From positions 14,807 to 78,806 of IMG/VR virus record IMGVR_UViG_3300044998_001035: a stretch of DNA of 64,000 bases, one strand, 5' to 3'. The notes beneath the pieces were generated by a model that was not told where the DNA came from, searched no databases, and worked only from the letters and a program-made list of their open reading frames with translations. Made by a program: the position numbers and the translations under genes. Each line of letters opens with the position of its first letter. The stretch's first letter is position 1. This document shows, piece by piece, positions 36,668 through 46,760 of this stretch. The stretch comes from a virus.

Positions 36668-37267
36668 ATGCCGCCGCAGACGGAGGTCCCCGGCCGGGGG
36701 TCCGGCCCCCGTCCGCCGTACTCCCCGCCCCCGTCCCCGCCCCCGTCGCCCGGCTGGGGGCGTGCCCTGGGGCGCGTCGCCGGCTACGCCGCCGTCGCGG
36801 CGCTGGCGGGCGCGCTGGCCCTGGCGGCACCCCGGCTGGGCTGCGGCGACGTCCGACCCGGCCCCGGGCCCGAGCCCAACCCCGCCCCGGCCCCGGTGGA
36901 CCCGTCGGACCCGCGGGCGCAGGCCCGCGCGATGGCCTCGGAGTGGCTGGACGCCTACGCGCGCCGGCTCCGGGAGGCGTCGGCATCGATCCGGGCCGGG
37001 TCCGCGACGCCCGACGCGGCGGCGGCGGCGCTGGCGAAGGCGTGGGCGTCGGACCGGGCCGAGTCGCACCGGCTCCGGCTCGGGCCCCTGGAGGCGGCGA
37101 TCCCGACCGGGGGCGTCGAGGGCGGGCCGGCCCACCGTGAGGGCTACGCCGCGTACCTGGGGCGGGTCGCGGACGGCGCCGCCGACGCCGCGGCCGGGGC
37201 CGCCTCCGGCGTCGCGCCCGCGTCGGCCCCCGCCGCACCCACGCCGCACCCGAGGGCCACGCCATGA
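36668..37267 (+). CDS. Membrane-anchored or lipoprotein-like Pro-rich protein
   Basis: Hydrophobic helix, then LGCG and a PGPGPEPNP linker. Confidence 0.55.
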   Translation: MPPQTEVPGRGSGPRPPYSPPPSPPPSPGWGRALGRVAGYAAVAALAGALALAAPRLGCGDVRPGPGPEPNPAPAPVDPSDPRAQARAMASEWLDAYARRLREASASIRAGSATPDAAAAALAKAWASDRAESHRLRLGPLEAAIPTGGVEGGPAHREGYAAYLGRVADGAADAAAGAASGVAPASAPAAPTPHPRATP

Positions 37268-38235
37268 GCACCGGGGGATCGGCCGCGTACGACGGCGGCT
37301 ACGTCCACGACCCCGAGGGGGCGGAGCGGTACGCCCGGTCCCTGCCCCACGGCGGGACGCTGGCCCGCGCCGCCCCGCACCTGCTCGGGGACGGGGAGGG
37401 TCAGGACCTGATGCCTTACTTGGCGTGGTACGAGGCCGAGATCAGGAACGGCGACGGCTCGACCTGGAAGCCGAAGGGCGTCGAGCCGCCGTACGTCGCG
37501 CAGGTCGGGAACAACTGCACGAGCCGCGGCGACCAGGCCGTTATGGACCTGCTCCAGTGCGTCGACGCCGTGACGCGGGACGAGGGGGAGTCGGACGAGG
37601 CGGTGCCGTACCGGACAAGCTGCGAGGCGACGTATGCATTCTCGCTGCTCACAGCCGGGATGCGCGGCGACCAGGGCTGCACCGGCCACGCCACGGCGCG
37701 GAGCGCCGCGACGATCGGGCGGGTCGGGTATCGCGAGACGGGCCCGCCCTACGAGGAGGACCGGGGCCGGCTCCTGAGGTGGGCGAACGACCCGAGGGGC
37801 GCGACGGAGGCGCTGCGCGAGAAGGCGGCCCCGTACAGGCTGGCCGACCCCGTCCAGATCAAGACGACGGCGGAGGCGCGGGCCTGGATCGCGAACCGGG
37901 GCCTGATCACGATCGCGTCGGGGGTCGGGTTCGAGACGCCCCGCGACGAGCGGGGGATCTGCGAGGAGCGCGGCCGCTGGATGCACCAGATGGCGCTCGT
38001 CGGGTACATCTGCTCCGACGGCGTCCCGAGCTTCGTGGTGGCGCAGTCGTGGGGGCCGAACAACCCGCGGGGCCCCCGGCCGTTCCACCTGCCCGGCTTC
38101 TGCTTCCGGGCCCGGGAATCGGTCGTGCAGAAGATTTTGGGGTGGAACGACTCGTGGGGGCACCGGGCCGGGCCGGGCTTCGAGCGCCGGCCGCTCCCGG
38201 CCCGCTGGCGCGGCGTGGACTGGTCGGGGGCGTGA
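37264..38235 (+). CDS. Papain-like (C1) cysteine peptidase
   Basis: QVGNNC (oxyanion Q, catalytic C), WMHQMALVGY, VAQSWG. Confidence 0.75.
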   Translation: MSTGGSAAYDGGYVHDPEGAERYARSLPHGGTLARAAPHLLGDGEGQDLMPYLAWYEAEIRNGDGSTWKPKGVEPPYVAQVGNNCTSRGDQAVMDLLQCVDAVTRDEGESDEAVPYRTSCEATYAFSLLTAGMRGDQGCTGHATARSAATIGRVGYRETGPPYEEDRGRLLRWANDPRGATEALREKAAPYRLADPVQIKTTAEARAWIANRGLITIASGVGFETPRDERGICEERGRWMHQMALVGYICSDGVPSFVVAQSWGPNNPRGPRPFHLPGFCFRARESVVQKILGWNDSWGHRAGPGFERRPLPARWRGVDWSGA

Positions 38236-38247
38236 GGCTCGATCCCG

Positions 38248-38622
38248 TTGGCGATCCTCCTGGCGGCGTTGCTGGCGACGCAGTCCCCGGCCTGGCGCGG
38301 CGTGGACTGGTCCGGGCCCCCCTCCCGGCCCCCGGCCCCGGCCGCGCCCACGCCCGAGGCCCCCGGCTTCGCCCCCTCCCCGCTCCCGCCGTCCCTGGCG
38401 ACGCCGGCCCCCCCGCGCCGCGAGCCGCCCCCTCCCCGTCCTCCCTCCCCCTCCCCCTCCCCCTCCCCCTCCCCGCGCCTCCCGCGTGCCGAGCCCGGCC
38501 CGCCGCCCGGCCGGCTCCGGGCGCTGGCGTCGCCGCAATCCCCCCCGTCCACGCCCCCGCGCCCGCCCCCCGCGCCCCGCCCCCTCCCCCCGGCCCTGGC
38601 CGTCCCGGGCGCGTGCCCGTGA
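38248..38622 (+). CDS. Secreted Pro-rich protein
   Basis: Signal-like N-terminus; WRGVDWSG duplicates the peptidase C-terminus. Confidence 0.4.
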   Translation: MAILLAALLATQSPAWRGVDWSGPPSRPPAPAAPTPEAPGFAPSPLPPSLATPAPPRREPPPPRPPSPSPSPSPSPRLPRAEPGPPPGRLRALASPQSPPSTPPRPPPAPRPLPPALAVPGACP

Positions 38623-38694
38623 CGGCGGCGACGTCGCCTTTCCTGGCGTGACTCGATTATTACTGATCGCTATCAAACCCGGATGGAGGGTATC

Positions 38695-39621
38695 ATGTCC
38701 CTCGCGGCGCATTCGGCGGTCTCGGTCGGGATTCCCGCGTCGCCCGCGTCGGCGACGCCGACGGCGCGGGCCCGGCCCGCGCGACGATTGGGGGCGGACT
38801 CGATGGTCGTCAAGGTCGCGGAAGTGGGGCTCGCGGCGGGGGCCGGGCTCGGGCTGTCGAGCTTCGTCCTGGCGCAGGCCGGCGGCGAGGGGCTGCCCCA
38901 GGCCGGCTCGGTCGGGGCCGCCGTCCTGATCTCGGTCGTCACGGCCGCCATCACGGCGATCGGGACGACGTTCTTCCAGCCCTGGCTCCGCACGAAGGAC
39001 CTGGAGCTTCGCGTCCGGCACCTGGAGGCCCAGAACGCGGCGCTGCTGGCCAAGATCGAGGAGCAGCAGCGGTCCGAGACGACGCTGGTCGACCGCCTGG
39101 CGCGCCTCGCCGAGCAGTCCGTGCGGCTCAACGAGCGCAACCTGCGCCTCGCCCACGCGCTGCTCGCGACGACGGAGCGGATCATCCCCGGCTCGGCCGC
39201 CGTCGCGCCCCAGGACCCCTCGGCCGCCCAGGATTGCGTCGCCGGGGCCCGCGTGCTCGTGGTCGAGGACGAGGCGCGGGCGCGGGAGTCGCTGGCGCTG
39301 ATGCTCGAGCGGGTCGGGTACGCGGTCCTCACCTGCGGCTCGGTCGAGGAGGCGCGGACGCTCCTGGAGGTGGAGCCGTTCGAGGCGGTCCTGCTCGACC
39401 TGTCGCTCCCGGACGGGGACGGGGTCGAGGTGCTGCGGCACGTCCGCGATCTGGGGTCGCCGGCCCGGGTGGTGGTGACGACCGGCCGCGACCCGTCCCA
39501 GCTCGGCCCCGTCCTGGCGCTCCAGCCGTTCGCGGTCTTCCGCAAGCCCGTCCACTTCGACGAGTGGCTGATCCCGTCGCTCCGCGGCGAGCGCGTGCCC
39601 TCGTCCCTGTCCCCGACCTGA
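38695..39621 (+). CDS. Membrane-anchored coiled-coil plus response-regulator receiver protein
   Basis: TM helices, coiled coil, VLVVEDE, LLDLSLPDGDG, VTTG, RKPV. Confidence 0.85.
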   Translation: MSLAAHSAVSVGIPASPASATPTARARPARRLGADSMVVKVAEVGLAAGAGLGLSSFVLAQAGGEGLPQAGSVGAAVLISVVTAAITAIGTTFFQPWLRTKDLELRVRHLEAQNAALLAKIEEQQRSETTLVDRLARLAEQSVRLNERNLRLAHALLATTERIIPGSAAVAPQDPSAAQDCVAGARVLVVEDEARARESLALMLERVGYAVLTCGSVEEARTLLEVEPFEAVLLDLSLPDGDGVEVLRHVRDLGSPARVVVTTGRDPSQLGPVLALQPFAVFRKPVHFDEWLIPSLRGERVPSSLSPT

Positions 39622-39647
39622 GGCGGCCTGGCCGCCGGGGGTGCGCC

Positions 39648-40268
39648 GTGCCCGGACCCGTGCCCGACCCGGAACCCGTCCCCCCGCCCGTCGCGTACGG
39701 GCGGCTGCTCTCCGCCCTGTCTCACGACCTGCTCAACGCCGCGCACGCGCTGGCGTCGGCCGCGGCGTCGGCGTCCCTGTCCCTGGCGCGAGGGGCCTCG
39801 TCGCGGGCGTCGCGGGCGCTGGCGTCCGCCCCCGAGGCGGCGTCCCGGCTGGCCGACGCGGCGACGGCGGGTGCGGGCCCGCCGGAGCCGGCCGCGTCCC
39901 CGCCGGGGGCGCTGCTGCGGCTGGCGTCCTCGAACGCGCGCCTGGCGGCCGCCGCGTCGCGGCCGGGGGCCGTGGCCCCGGGCACGCCCGCGGCGTGGGC
40001 GGAGCCGCGCGGGCTGGCCCGGCTGGTCGCCGACCTGGCGTGCGAGGCCGCCCGGCTGGCCGGCGGGCCGGGCGCCGCCGTCGCGCTCTCGGCGGCGTCC
40101 GCGGCCTGGCACGCGGCACGGCTCGGGCTCGCGCCCGAGGGCCCGGGGCGGGGCGGGGACGCGGGCGAGGGCGATGGCGGGCCCGTCCGGTTCCGCGTCG
40201 TCGTCCCGGCCGCGCACGCGGTCCCCGGGGCGGCTTCCGATGTCGGAGAAAATCCGGGATCTAGTTGA
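39648..40268 (+). CDS. Degenerate histidine-kinase-like protein
   Basis: H-box-like LSHDLLNA and C-terminal RFRVVVP; no clear N or G boxes. Confidence 0.35.
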   Translation: MPGPVPDPEPVPPPVAYGRLLSALSHDLLNAAHALASAAASASLSLARGASSRASRALASAPEAASRLADAATAGAGPPEPAASPPGALLRLASSNARLAAAASRPGAVAPGTPAAWAEPRGLARLVADLACEAARLAGGPGAAVALSAASAAWHAARLGLAPEGPGRGGDAGEGDGGPVRFRVVVPAAHAVPGAASDVGENPGSS

Positions 40269-40365
40269 AATCCTAGATTATTTCGTGATAACGTGATCGG
40301 CGGCGAAGGACGCCGGACCCGGCGAGGAGACGCTTTCCGATGGCCCATTACAGGTATGGACCGCG

Positions 40366-40707
40366 ATGGCGATGGCACTCGGCTGGGGCGGCGGGGAGGC
40401 GGCCGGCGCGGCGATCCCGCCCGGGGGCTCGGCGGCGTTGCGCCGGCGCCGGCGGACGCTTGACGGCGTCCGGGCGGCCCGGATCAGGGACCTGATCTAC
40501 CTCCTGCTCGTGGACGACTCGGGCCTGAGCCCGGCCGACGCGGAGCTGGTCCTGTCCGCGCCGTGGCCGTCGTCGAGGCAGGGCCGGAACGACCGGCTCC
40601 GGCCGGCCCGCTCGGCGCTCTCGGGCGTCCAGGGCGGGGCGCTGGCGGCGCTGCTGGCCGAGGTCGGGGCGGCGGCCGACGACGCCGGCGACGGGTGGCC
40701 CTCGTGA
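40366..40707 (+). CDS. Hypothetical protein
   Basis: ORF after an AT-rich promoter-like island. Confidence 0.45.
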   Translation: MAMALGWGGGEAAGAAIPPGGSAALRRRRRTLDGVRAARIRDLIYLLLVDDSGLSPADAELVLSAPWPSSRQGRNDRLRPARSALSGVQGGALAALLAEVGAAADDAGDGWPS

Positions 40708-41291
40708 CCGCCTCCGCGCCCTCCTGGGGCCGGTTCCTGGCCGAGCTGGAGGCCGCCGGGCGTCGGCTGCGGGCCCGGGGCAGCCGCGACCCCTTCGCGT
40801 ACCCCCTGGCCCGCTCCGACTGGCGGGGCTCGTCGCTGAACTTCGAGATCTTCGTCCGGCGGTCCTACCCCGAGCTGGTCGTGGACGAGTCGGACGCGAC
40901 GCTGGCGCTGTGCGACGGCTGCCGGCGGGGCGACGCCCCGGCCCCGTTCCCGGCCGGCAGCTCGCGCGTCTGCCCGGTCTGCCACGTCACCGGGCGCGAG
41001 GACGCCCTGGGCCGTCAGCTCGCGCTGGCCGGCCTGCCGCCGGCCGAGCGCCCCGCGCCCCCGGGCCGTCGCCGGCCCGCGCGCGCCCCGCGCGGCGGGG
41101 TGATCCGGATGCGGCGCGGGGCCTGGCACCTCGCCACGGCGCCGACCGCCTCGGGCTTCGCGGCCTGGGCGCGACGCGACGCGCCGACGACGGCCGAGGA
41201 CCCCGAGGACGAGCCCGGAGAGGTCATGGTCGAGTTCGGCGACTCGCGCTCCGAGGCGCTGAGGAAGCTGTCCCGGTCGCTGCGCCCGTGA
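40704..41291 (+). CDS. Hypothetical protein with Zn-finger
   Basis: CDGC...CPVC. Confidence 0.5.
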   Translation: MTASAPSWGRFLAELEAAGRRLRARGSRDPFAYPLARSDWRGSSLNFEIFVRRSYPELVVDESDATLALCDGCRRGDAPAPFPAGSSRVCPVCHVTGREDALGRQLALAGLPPAERPAPPGRRRPARAPRGGVIRMRRGAWHLATAPTASGFAAWARRDAPTTAEDPEDEPGEVMVEFGDSRSEALRKLSRSLRP

Positions 41292-41549
41292 CCCCGCGGC
41301 GCCGGCCGAGACGCGGAGGGAAGGGGGGCGTGATGCTCCGGTTCGCGATCGGGCTGATGGCCGTCGCCCTGGCGCTGGCCCTGCTCGCGGCCTACGCCCG
41401 CGACGAACTCAACCGCCGGGGGTTCTTCTGATGGCGCGAGGGATCTGGGCGGAACTGGCCCTGCTCGCCCTGTTCGTCGCCGCGTGCTACGGCGCGTCGG
41501 GCGTCGTCGTCGCCGCGGCCGAGGCCCGCCGTCGCGGCGGGGGCGGCCG

Positions 41550-42119
41550 TTGAGCGCCCGCCGCCGCGCCGTCCCCGCCGTCGAGGCCCTGGAGCACCGC
41601 GACGCCGCGGCCGTCGTGGTGCCGGGATACCTGACGTGGTCGATCGTCCCCGACGGGACGGCGGTCGTCGGGGGGCCGAGCGTGCTCCGCTCCGCGATGG
41701 CCGCGAAGGACCCGGCCTGGGAGGCCAAGGTCCGGCGCGCGATGGCGGAATGGTCCAGGGCGCTGGGGGTCGCGATCGCCTACGTGCCCGACTCGGGCCC
41801 GCTCGGGTCGACGATCCGGGTGGGCGGGTCGATCGTCCCGGGGACGAACGTCGCGGCCTGGGCGTACTACCCGTGCCCCTGCCCCGAGGGCTCCGACATC
41901 ACGATCAACGTGGCGCAGGACTGGGGCTCGGTCGACCTGTATACCGTGATGCTCCACGAGCTGGGGCACGCCGTCGCGGGCCTGGACCACGGCGCCGCGC
42001 CGATCATGGGGCCGTACCGCGGCCCCGTCGCCGGCCTGTCCGCCGCGGACGTCGCCGCGGCCCGCGCCAGCGTCGTCGTCCTCGCCTCCCCCGTCGGGGT
42101 GCTCTCGAAGGGCGTCTAG
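41550..42119 (+). CDS. Matrixin (M10)-like zinc metalloprotease
   Basis: LHELGHAVAGLDH with Met-turn IMGP; N-terminal RRRAVPAVEALEHR planctomycete-type motif. Confidence 0.85.
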   Translation: MSARRRAVPAVEALEHRDAAAVVVPGYLTWSIVPDGTAVVGGPSVLRSAMAAKDPAWEAKVRRAMAEWSRALGVAIAYVPDSGPLGSTIRVGGSIVPGTNVAAWAYYPCPCPEGSDITINVAQDWGSVDLYTVMLHELGHAVAGLDHGAAPIMGPYRGPVAGLSAADVAAARASVVVLASPVGVLSKGV

Positions 42120-42289
42120 CGCCCTCCCCCGCGACCCGTTCACAATCTTGAAGGCGAAGCCCCCCCCCACGGACGAGGCCGCGTCGCGCGACGCCACGCA
42201 TCGCGATCGACACCACGCCGAGAGGCGCGACGCATCCCGAGGTGAGGCACGGGGACCGCGAGAACCGCGGCCCACGCGAGGATCGGAGA

Positions 42290-42598
42290 ATGCTTATGAA
42301 TTTGAGGTGGCCGAAGGACGCGGCGACGTGGGTCGGGCTGGTCGGCGTGCTGGCCGGCGCGGTCTACCACGCGACGCAGGGGCAGTACGAGGCGGCCTGG
42401 GCGATGCTGGCGGCGGCGCTGGCGATGCTGGGGATCGGCCAGAACGCGGCGACGGCGGCGGCCGAGGCCCACGCCGCGGCCACCCAGGCGACGTTCGCCG
42501 CGGCCGACGCGCGGGCGATCCGCGACGACCCGAGCCTGCCGGGCGCCCCGCTGGGCGCCGCGGAGCGGGCGATCCGCGACGCGGCGGGGGGGGGCTGA
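42290..42598 (+). CDS. Holin-like two-TM membrane protein
   Basis: Two hydrophobic helices; dual Met start M-L-M. Confidence 0.5.
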   Translation: MLMNLRWPKDAATWVGLVGVLAGAVYHATQGQYEAAWAMLAAALAMLGIGQNAATAAAEAHAAATQATFAAADARAIRDDPSLPGAPLGAAERAIRDAAGGG

Positions 42599-42601
42599 GC
42601 C

Positions 42602-43312
42602 GTGGCGAGGCCCCGACCCGAGCCGGGCCACGGTGCCGACGCCCCGGCGTTGCCCGAGGGCGCGGTCTGGCGCGGCAACCCGCGCCTGGTCCCGCTGCTG
42701 GTCCCCGTGGCGTCGCTCCACGAGGACCCCGCCAACGTCAACACGCACCCGGAGCGGTCGGTCGCGGCCATCGCGGCGAGCTACGCCCGGTTCGGGCAGC
42801 AGAAGCCGCTGGTCTGCGGGCCCGACATGACCGTGCGGGACGGCAACGGCCAGCTCCACGCCGCGGCCGAGCGGCTGGGCTGGACGCACGTCGCGGCGAT
42901 CCCGAGCGACCTGGACGGGGTGGAGCTGTCGGCCTACGCGCTGGCGGCCAACCGGACCGCCCAGCACGCCGAGTGGGACTTCGAGGCGTTGTCCGACGTG
43001 CTCAGGGCGATGCGGGACGGCGGCCACGCAATCGACGACCTGGGGTGGGCAGACTACGAGCTGGAGCCGCTGCTGGCCGCGACGTGGACGCCGCCCGAGC
43101 CCGGCCCGCTCCCGGGCGGGCCCGAGGCCCGCGACGCCGGGGAGCCCGTCGCCGGCGGGAAGGTGCGGTTCGTCCTGGAGGTTCCGGCCGACGACGCGGA
43201 CGTGCTCCGCAGGGCCGTCGCGGCGGCGCGCGGGGACGCGGCCGACGATTCGGTGGCGTCGGGCCTGGTCGAAATCTGCCGGGCGTACCTGGCCGCCCGC
43301 GGCGAGGGCTGA
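42602..43312 (+). CDS. ParB-like N-terminal domain protein (DNA-modification associated)
   Basis: LHEDPANVNTH, SYARFGQQKP, DGNG, LAANRT..WD. Confidence 0.8.
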   Translation: MARPRPEPGHGADAPALPEGAVWRGNPRLVPLLVPVASLHEDPANVNTHPERSVAAIAASYARFGQQKPLVCGPDMTVRDGNGQLHAAAERLGWTHVAAIPSDLDGVELSAYALAANRTAQHAEWDFEALSDVLRAMRDGGHAIDDLGWADYELEPLLAATWTPPEPGPLPGGPEARDAGEPVAGGKVRFVLEVPADDADVLRRAVAAARGDAADDSVASGLVEICRAYLAARGEG

Positions 43313-43537
43313 ATGCATGGGGCCGAGCGCGACGGGGCCATGCGACGGGACGACGGTCCGGCTCGCGGTCGGCCTGAACCCCAACGCGGCGACCGCGCGG
43401 GCCCTGGCCGCGCCGGCGGTACGCCTGGCATACCACCGCGAGGGGGACCGCACGTTGTCCGAGGCGTCCGAGACATCCGCCTCGCCCGCGGTGCGGCTGG
43501 CCATGCCCGCGGGGGCATTGCCGGCGAGGGGCGGGCC

Positions 43538-44419
43538 GTGGACAAGGGGCTGGAGCATGCGGACGCGCCCGCGCTGCTCGTCTCGTACGCGTACCTCGGC
43601 CCGTTCCTGAAGAACCGGGCGCGCTACAGGTATCGCGACTGGGCGCTGGACTCGGGCGCGTTCTCGGCCCACAACAGCGGGGCCGAAATCCGGCTCGACG
43701 ATTACATCGACACGTGCAAACGGCTGATGGACGAGGACCCGACGTTGGCCGAGGTGTTCGCGCTGGACGTGATCGGGGACTGGCGGGCGTCGGTCCGGAA
43801 CGCGGAGGAGATGTGGCGCCGGGGGGTGCCGGCGATCCCGTGCTTCCACGTCGGGAGCCCCGAGTCCGTCCTGGTCGGGCTCGCGAAGGATTATCCGAAG
43901 ATCGCCCTCGGGGGCTGCGTCGGCTACCGCAAGAAGGACGAGTTCGCCGCCAACTGCTTCGCCAGGGTCTGGCCGAAGAAGGTCCACGGGTTCGGGTTCG
44001 GGTCTCGGAAGTCGATCATGGCCCTCCCCTGGCACTCCGTGGACGCGACGAACTGGGAGATCGGCCCGTGCAAGTTCGGCCGGTGGGCTTCCTTCGGCAG
44101 CATGAGCGTGCGGGGCGGCGGCCAGAACCTGCGTGCCGAGGTGGAGTTCTACCTGGCCCTGGAGCGTCAGGCGCGCGCCCGGTGGCGGCGGCAGATGGCG
44201 GAACTCGACGCGGCCGGCCCCGCGTCGGCCCCCGCCGTCCGGCTGGCCGCCCAGGCCGGCGGCGACGCCCAGATCGCGCGGTCTGGCCTGGCCGGACCGG
44301 TCCGGACATCGGGCTCGCCGTTGACGCCGGCAGCGCCTCGGGCGCCCGGGTCGCCTCCGCCATCGCCCGCAGTCCGTCTGGCGGTGAAGGAGAGCGGGAG
44401 GCAGGGCTGCCTCGGATGA
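43538..44419 (+). CDS. dpdA: DpdA-like 7-deazaguanine DNA transglycosylase (TGT fold)
   Basis: LVSYAY, LDSGAFS, LDVIGD, IPCFH, IALGG, VHGFG, SVDATNW; adjacent to que genes; start uncertain. Confidence 0.8.
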   Translation: MDKGLEHADAPALLVSYAYLGPFLKNRARYRYRDWALDSGAFSAHNSGAEIRLDDYIDTCKRLMDEDPTLAEVFALDVIGDWRASVRNAEEMWRRGVPAIPCFHVGSPESVLVGLAKDYPKIALGGCVGYRKKDEFAANCFARVWPKKVHGFGFGSRKSIMALPWHSVDATNWEIGPCKFGRWASFGSMSVRGGGQNLRAEVEFYLALERQARARWRRQMAELDAAGPASAPAVRLAAQAGGDAQIARSGLAGPVRTSGSPLTPAAPRAPGSPPPSPAVRLAVKESGRQGCLG

Positions 44420-44459
44420 CGGGCGGTCGCCGATCCGAGGGACCAAGGGGGGTGCGCGA

Positions 44460-45128
44460 ATGAAGGTGGTCGCGGTCGTGTCGGGCGGCATGGACTCCGT
44501 GACGCTGGCCCACTCCCTGCGCGCGGAGGGGCACGACCTGGCGCTGCTGTCGGTCGACTATGGCCAGCGGCACGCCAGGGAGCTGGCGTGCGCCGCCGCC
44601 TGCGCGGCGAGGCTGGGCGTCCCGCACCGGGTCGCGGACCTGAGGGCGCTGGCGCCGCTGCTGGGCGGGTCGAGCCTGACGGACCCGGCCGTGCCGGTCC
44701 CCGAGGGCCACTACGCGGCGGAATCGATGAAGGCGACGGTGGTGCCGAACCGGAACATGATCCTCCTGGCCGTGGCGGCGGGGTGGGCGATCTCCCGGGG
44801 CGCCGAGGCGGTCGCGATCGGGGCCCACGCCGGGGACCACGCGATCTACCCGGACTGCCGGCCCGAGTTCGCCGACGCGATGGACCGGGCGTTGTCGCTC
44901 TGCGACTGGTCCCCGGTGAGGGTCCTGCGGCCGTTCATCGGCGAGACGAAGGCCGGGATCGCCGCGCTCGGGGCCCGGCTGGGCGTCCCCTGGGCCGAGA
45001 CCTGGAGCTGCTACAAGGGCGGGGACGCACACTGCGGGCGGTGCGGCACCTGTGTCGAGCGTCGCGAGGCGTTCGAGTTGGCCGGCGTCCCGGACCCCAC
45101 CCGCTATGACGTCGCCGAGGCGGCGTGA
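44460..45128 (+). CDS. queC: 7-cyano-7-deazaguanine synthase
   Basis: SGGMDS, YGQRH, VPNRN, YPDCR, TWSCY...CGRCGTC. Confidence 0.96.
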   Translation: MKVVAVVSGGMDSVTLAHSLRAEGHDLALLSVDYGQRHARELACAAACAARLGVPHRVADLRALAPLLGGSSLTDPAVPVPEGHYAAESMKATVVPNRNMILLAVAAGWAISRGAEAVAIGAHAGDHAIYPDCRPEFADAMDRALSLCDWSPVRVLRPFIGETKAGIAALGARLGVPWAETWSCYKGGDAHCGRCGTCVERREAFELAGVPDPTRYDVAEAA

Positions 45129-45152
45129 ACGGCCAACGCGAGGAGCGTCCGC

Positions 45153-45644
45153 GTGCGTCCGCTGAGGCGTGGTGAAGTCGCCGGGAAGGGGAACCCGTTC
45201 CTGGTGTTGGCCGATCGCGGGGTCGAGGTTAGGTCGCCGCTGGGGGAGGACGAGATCCGTCGTCGCGACCTGGTCCTGACGACGAATTGCTGCCGCGAGA
45301 AGCTGGCGCGTCGCGACCCGGCGGACCACCGGGAGATCTACCTGGGGAGGATTCAGAGGCGGACCCATGAGTATGCCCGGTTGCGGGGGATACCGTCCGG
45401 GACCCTGAACGCCTACAACGGGATCTTCTTCGACGGAGACCCGGTCCCGCCTTACGACATCCACCCGAGCCAACTCGACGACGCCCGCCTGGTGGAACTC
45501 GGCCGGAACATCGGGCGCCGCTGCCGGTCTCGCGGCGTCCCGGGGGTCGCCTACTATCAGTCCACGCCGTACTTCGCCATGCCGTACCTGGTGATGCTCT
45601 CCTACAGCGGGATTCCGTTCGTCTACGCCAGCCGGTTGTCCTGA
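45153..45644 (+). CDS. Hypothetical protein within the que cluster
   Basis: ORF between queC and queD; lower GC. Confidence 0.55.
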   Translation: MRPLRRGEVAGKGNPFLVLADRGVEVRSPLGEDEIRRRDLVLTTNCCREKLARRDPADHREIYLGRIQRRTHEYARLRGIPSGTLNAYNGIFFDGDPVPPYDIHPSQLDDARLVELGRNIGRRCRSRGVPGVAYYQSTPYFAMPYLVMLSYSGIPFVYASRLS

Positions 45645-45711
45645 CGCGTCGCGGCGGGCGTCGATCGGCGATGTTCGCGGGCCTCGCCGCCCGCGACGGC
45701 TTGTCGTCGCA

Positions 45712-46095
45712 TTGGAACCTGCGGAGGTTGCCCTGTTCCGGATCACGAAGCAGTTCTCGTTCAGCGCGAGCCACGTCCTGGACCATTTGCCGGCCGGCCA
45801 CCCGTGCGCCCGGCTCCACGGGCACAACTACCGCGTCGAGGTGGTGGTGGAGTCGCCGTGCCTGGACGACCGCGGGTTCTGCCAGCTCGACTACCGCGAG
45901 CTGGACGGGTTCGAGGCGTACCTGGACGAGGCCCTGGACCACCGGCACCTCAACGACGTGCTGCCGTGCCGGACGACGGCGGAGAACCTGGCCCGGTTCC
46001 TCCACGCGGAGGCGAGGAAGGCCAGCCCGTTCGTGGTCGCGGTTCGGGTCTCGGAGACGGAGAAGACGTGGGCCGAGTACAGGGGGCCGGCGTGA
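45712..46095 (+). CDS. queD: 6-carboxytetrahydropterin synthase
   Basis: FSASH, CARLHGHNY, LDHRHLND, TAENLA, VSET; start uncertain. Confidence 0.95.
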   Translation: MEPAEVALFRITKQFSFSASHVLDHLPAGHPCARLHGHNYRVEVVVESPCLDDRGFCQLDYRELDGFEAYLDEALDHRHLNDVLPCRTTAENLARFLHAEARKASPFVVAVRVSETEKTWAEYRGPA

Positions 46096-46760
46096 GGTAC
46101 GCGGCCAACGACGTCTACGCCTGCATCCAGGGCGAGGGGTGCATGGCCGGCCAGTCGATGGCGCTCGTGCGCCTGATGGGCTGCGCGGTCGGGTGCCCGT
46201 GGTGCGACACGAAGGAGACGTGGGAGGCCGCCGAGTCGTCGCGGCGCCCGACGCTGGCGGCGGCGCTCGGAACGGGGCCCGCGTGGGCCTGGGCCTCCCC
46301 CGACGAGCTGGCGGCGGCGGCCCGCGCCGCGGGGCCGGCGATCCCCTGGGCGCTCGTGACCGGCGGGGAGCCGGCGGAGCAGCCGCTGGGCCCGCTCTGC
46401 GGGTCGCTGCGCGCCGCCGGATTCCGCGTGGCGCTGGAGACGTCGGGGACGGCCGCCGGGTTCGAGGGGGCCGCGATCGACTGGCTGTGCGTCTCGCCGA
46501 AGCTCGGCATGCCGGGCGGGAAGGCGGTCCTCCCCGGCGCCGTGGCGGCGGCCGACGAGGTCAAGATGGTCGTGGGGCGGCCGGCGGACCTGGACGCCCT
46601 GGACGCGCTGCTGGCGTCGTGCCCGGCGAGGCCGGGGCGCCAGGTCTGCCTCCAGCCCGTGAGCGGGAGCCAGAAGGCGACGACGCTGTGCGTCGAGGCG
46701 GCGAAGGCGAGGGGGTGGCGGCTGTCGCTCCAGGTCCACAAGTTCCTGGGGGAGCGATGA
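46092..46760 (+). CDS. queE: 7-carboxy-7-deazaguanine synthase (radical SAM)
   Basis: IQGEG, CAVGCPWCDT, TGGEP, LETSG, VSPK, SLQVHK. Confidence 0.95.
   Translation: MRYAANDVYACIQGEGCMAGQSMALVRLMGCAVGCPWCDTKETWEAAESSRRPTLAAALGTGPAWAWASPDELAAAARAAGPAIPWALVTGGEPAEQPLGPLCGSLRAAGFRVALETSGTAAGFEGAAIDWLCVSPKLGMPGGKAVLPGAVAAADEVKMVVGRPADLDALDALLASCPARPGRQVCLQPVSGSQKATTLCVEAAKARGWRLSLQVHKFLGER

Noticed and set aside
38205-38312. 21-bp direct repeat CTGGCGCGGCGTGGACTGGTC as an att site
   Set aside because: The copies are under 90 bp apart in coding sequence and no integrase is present; a local duplication is more likely
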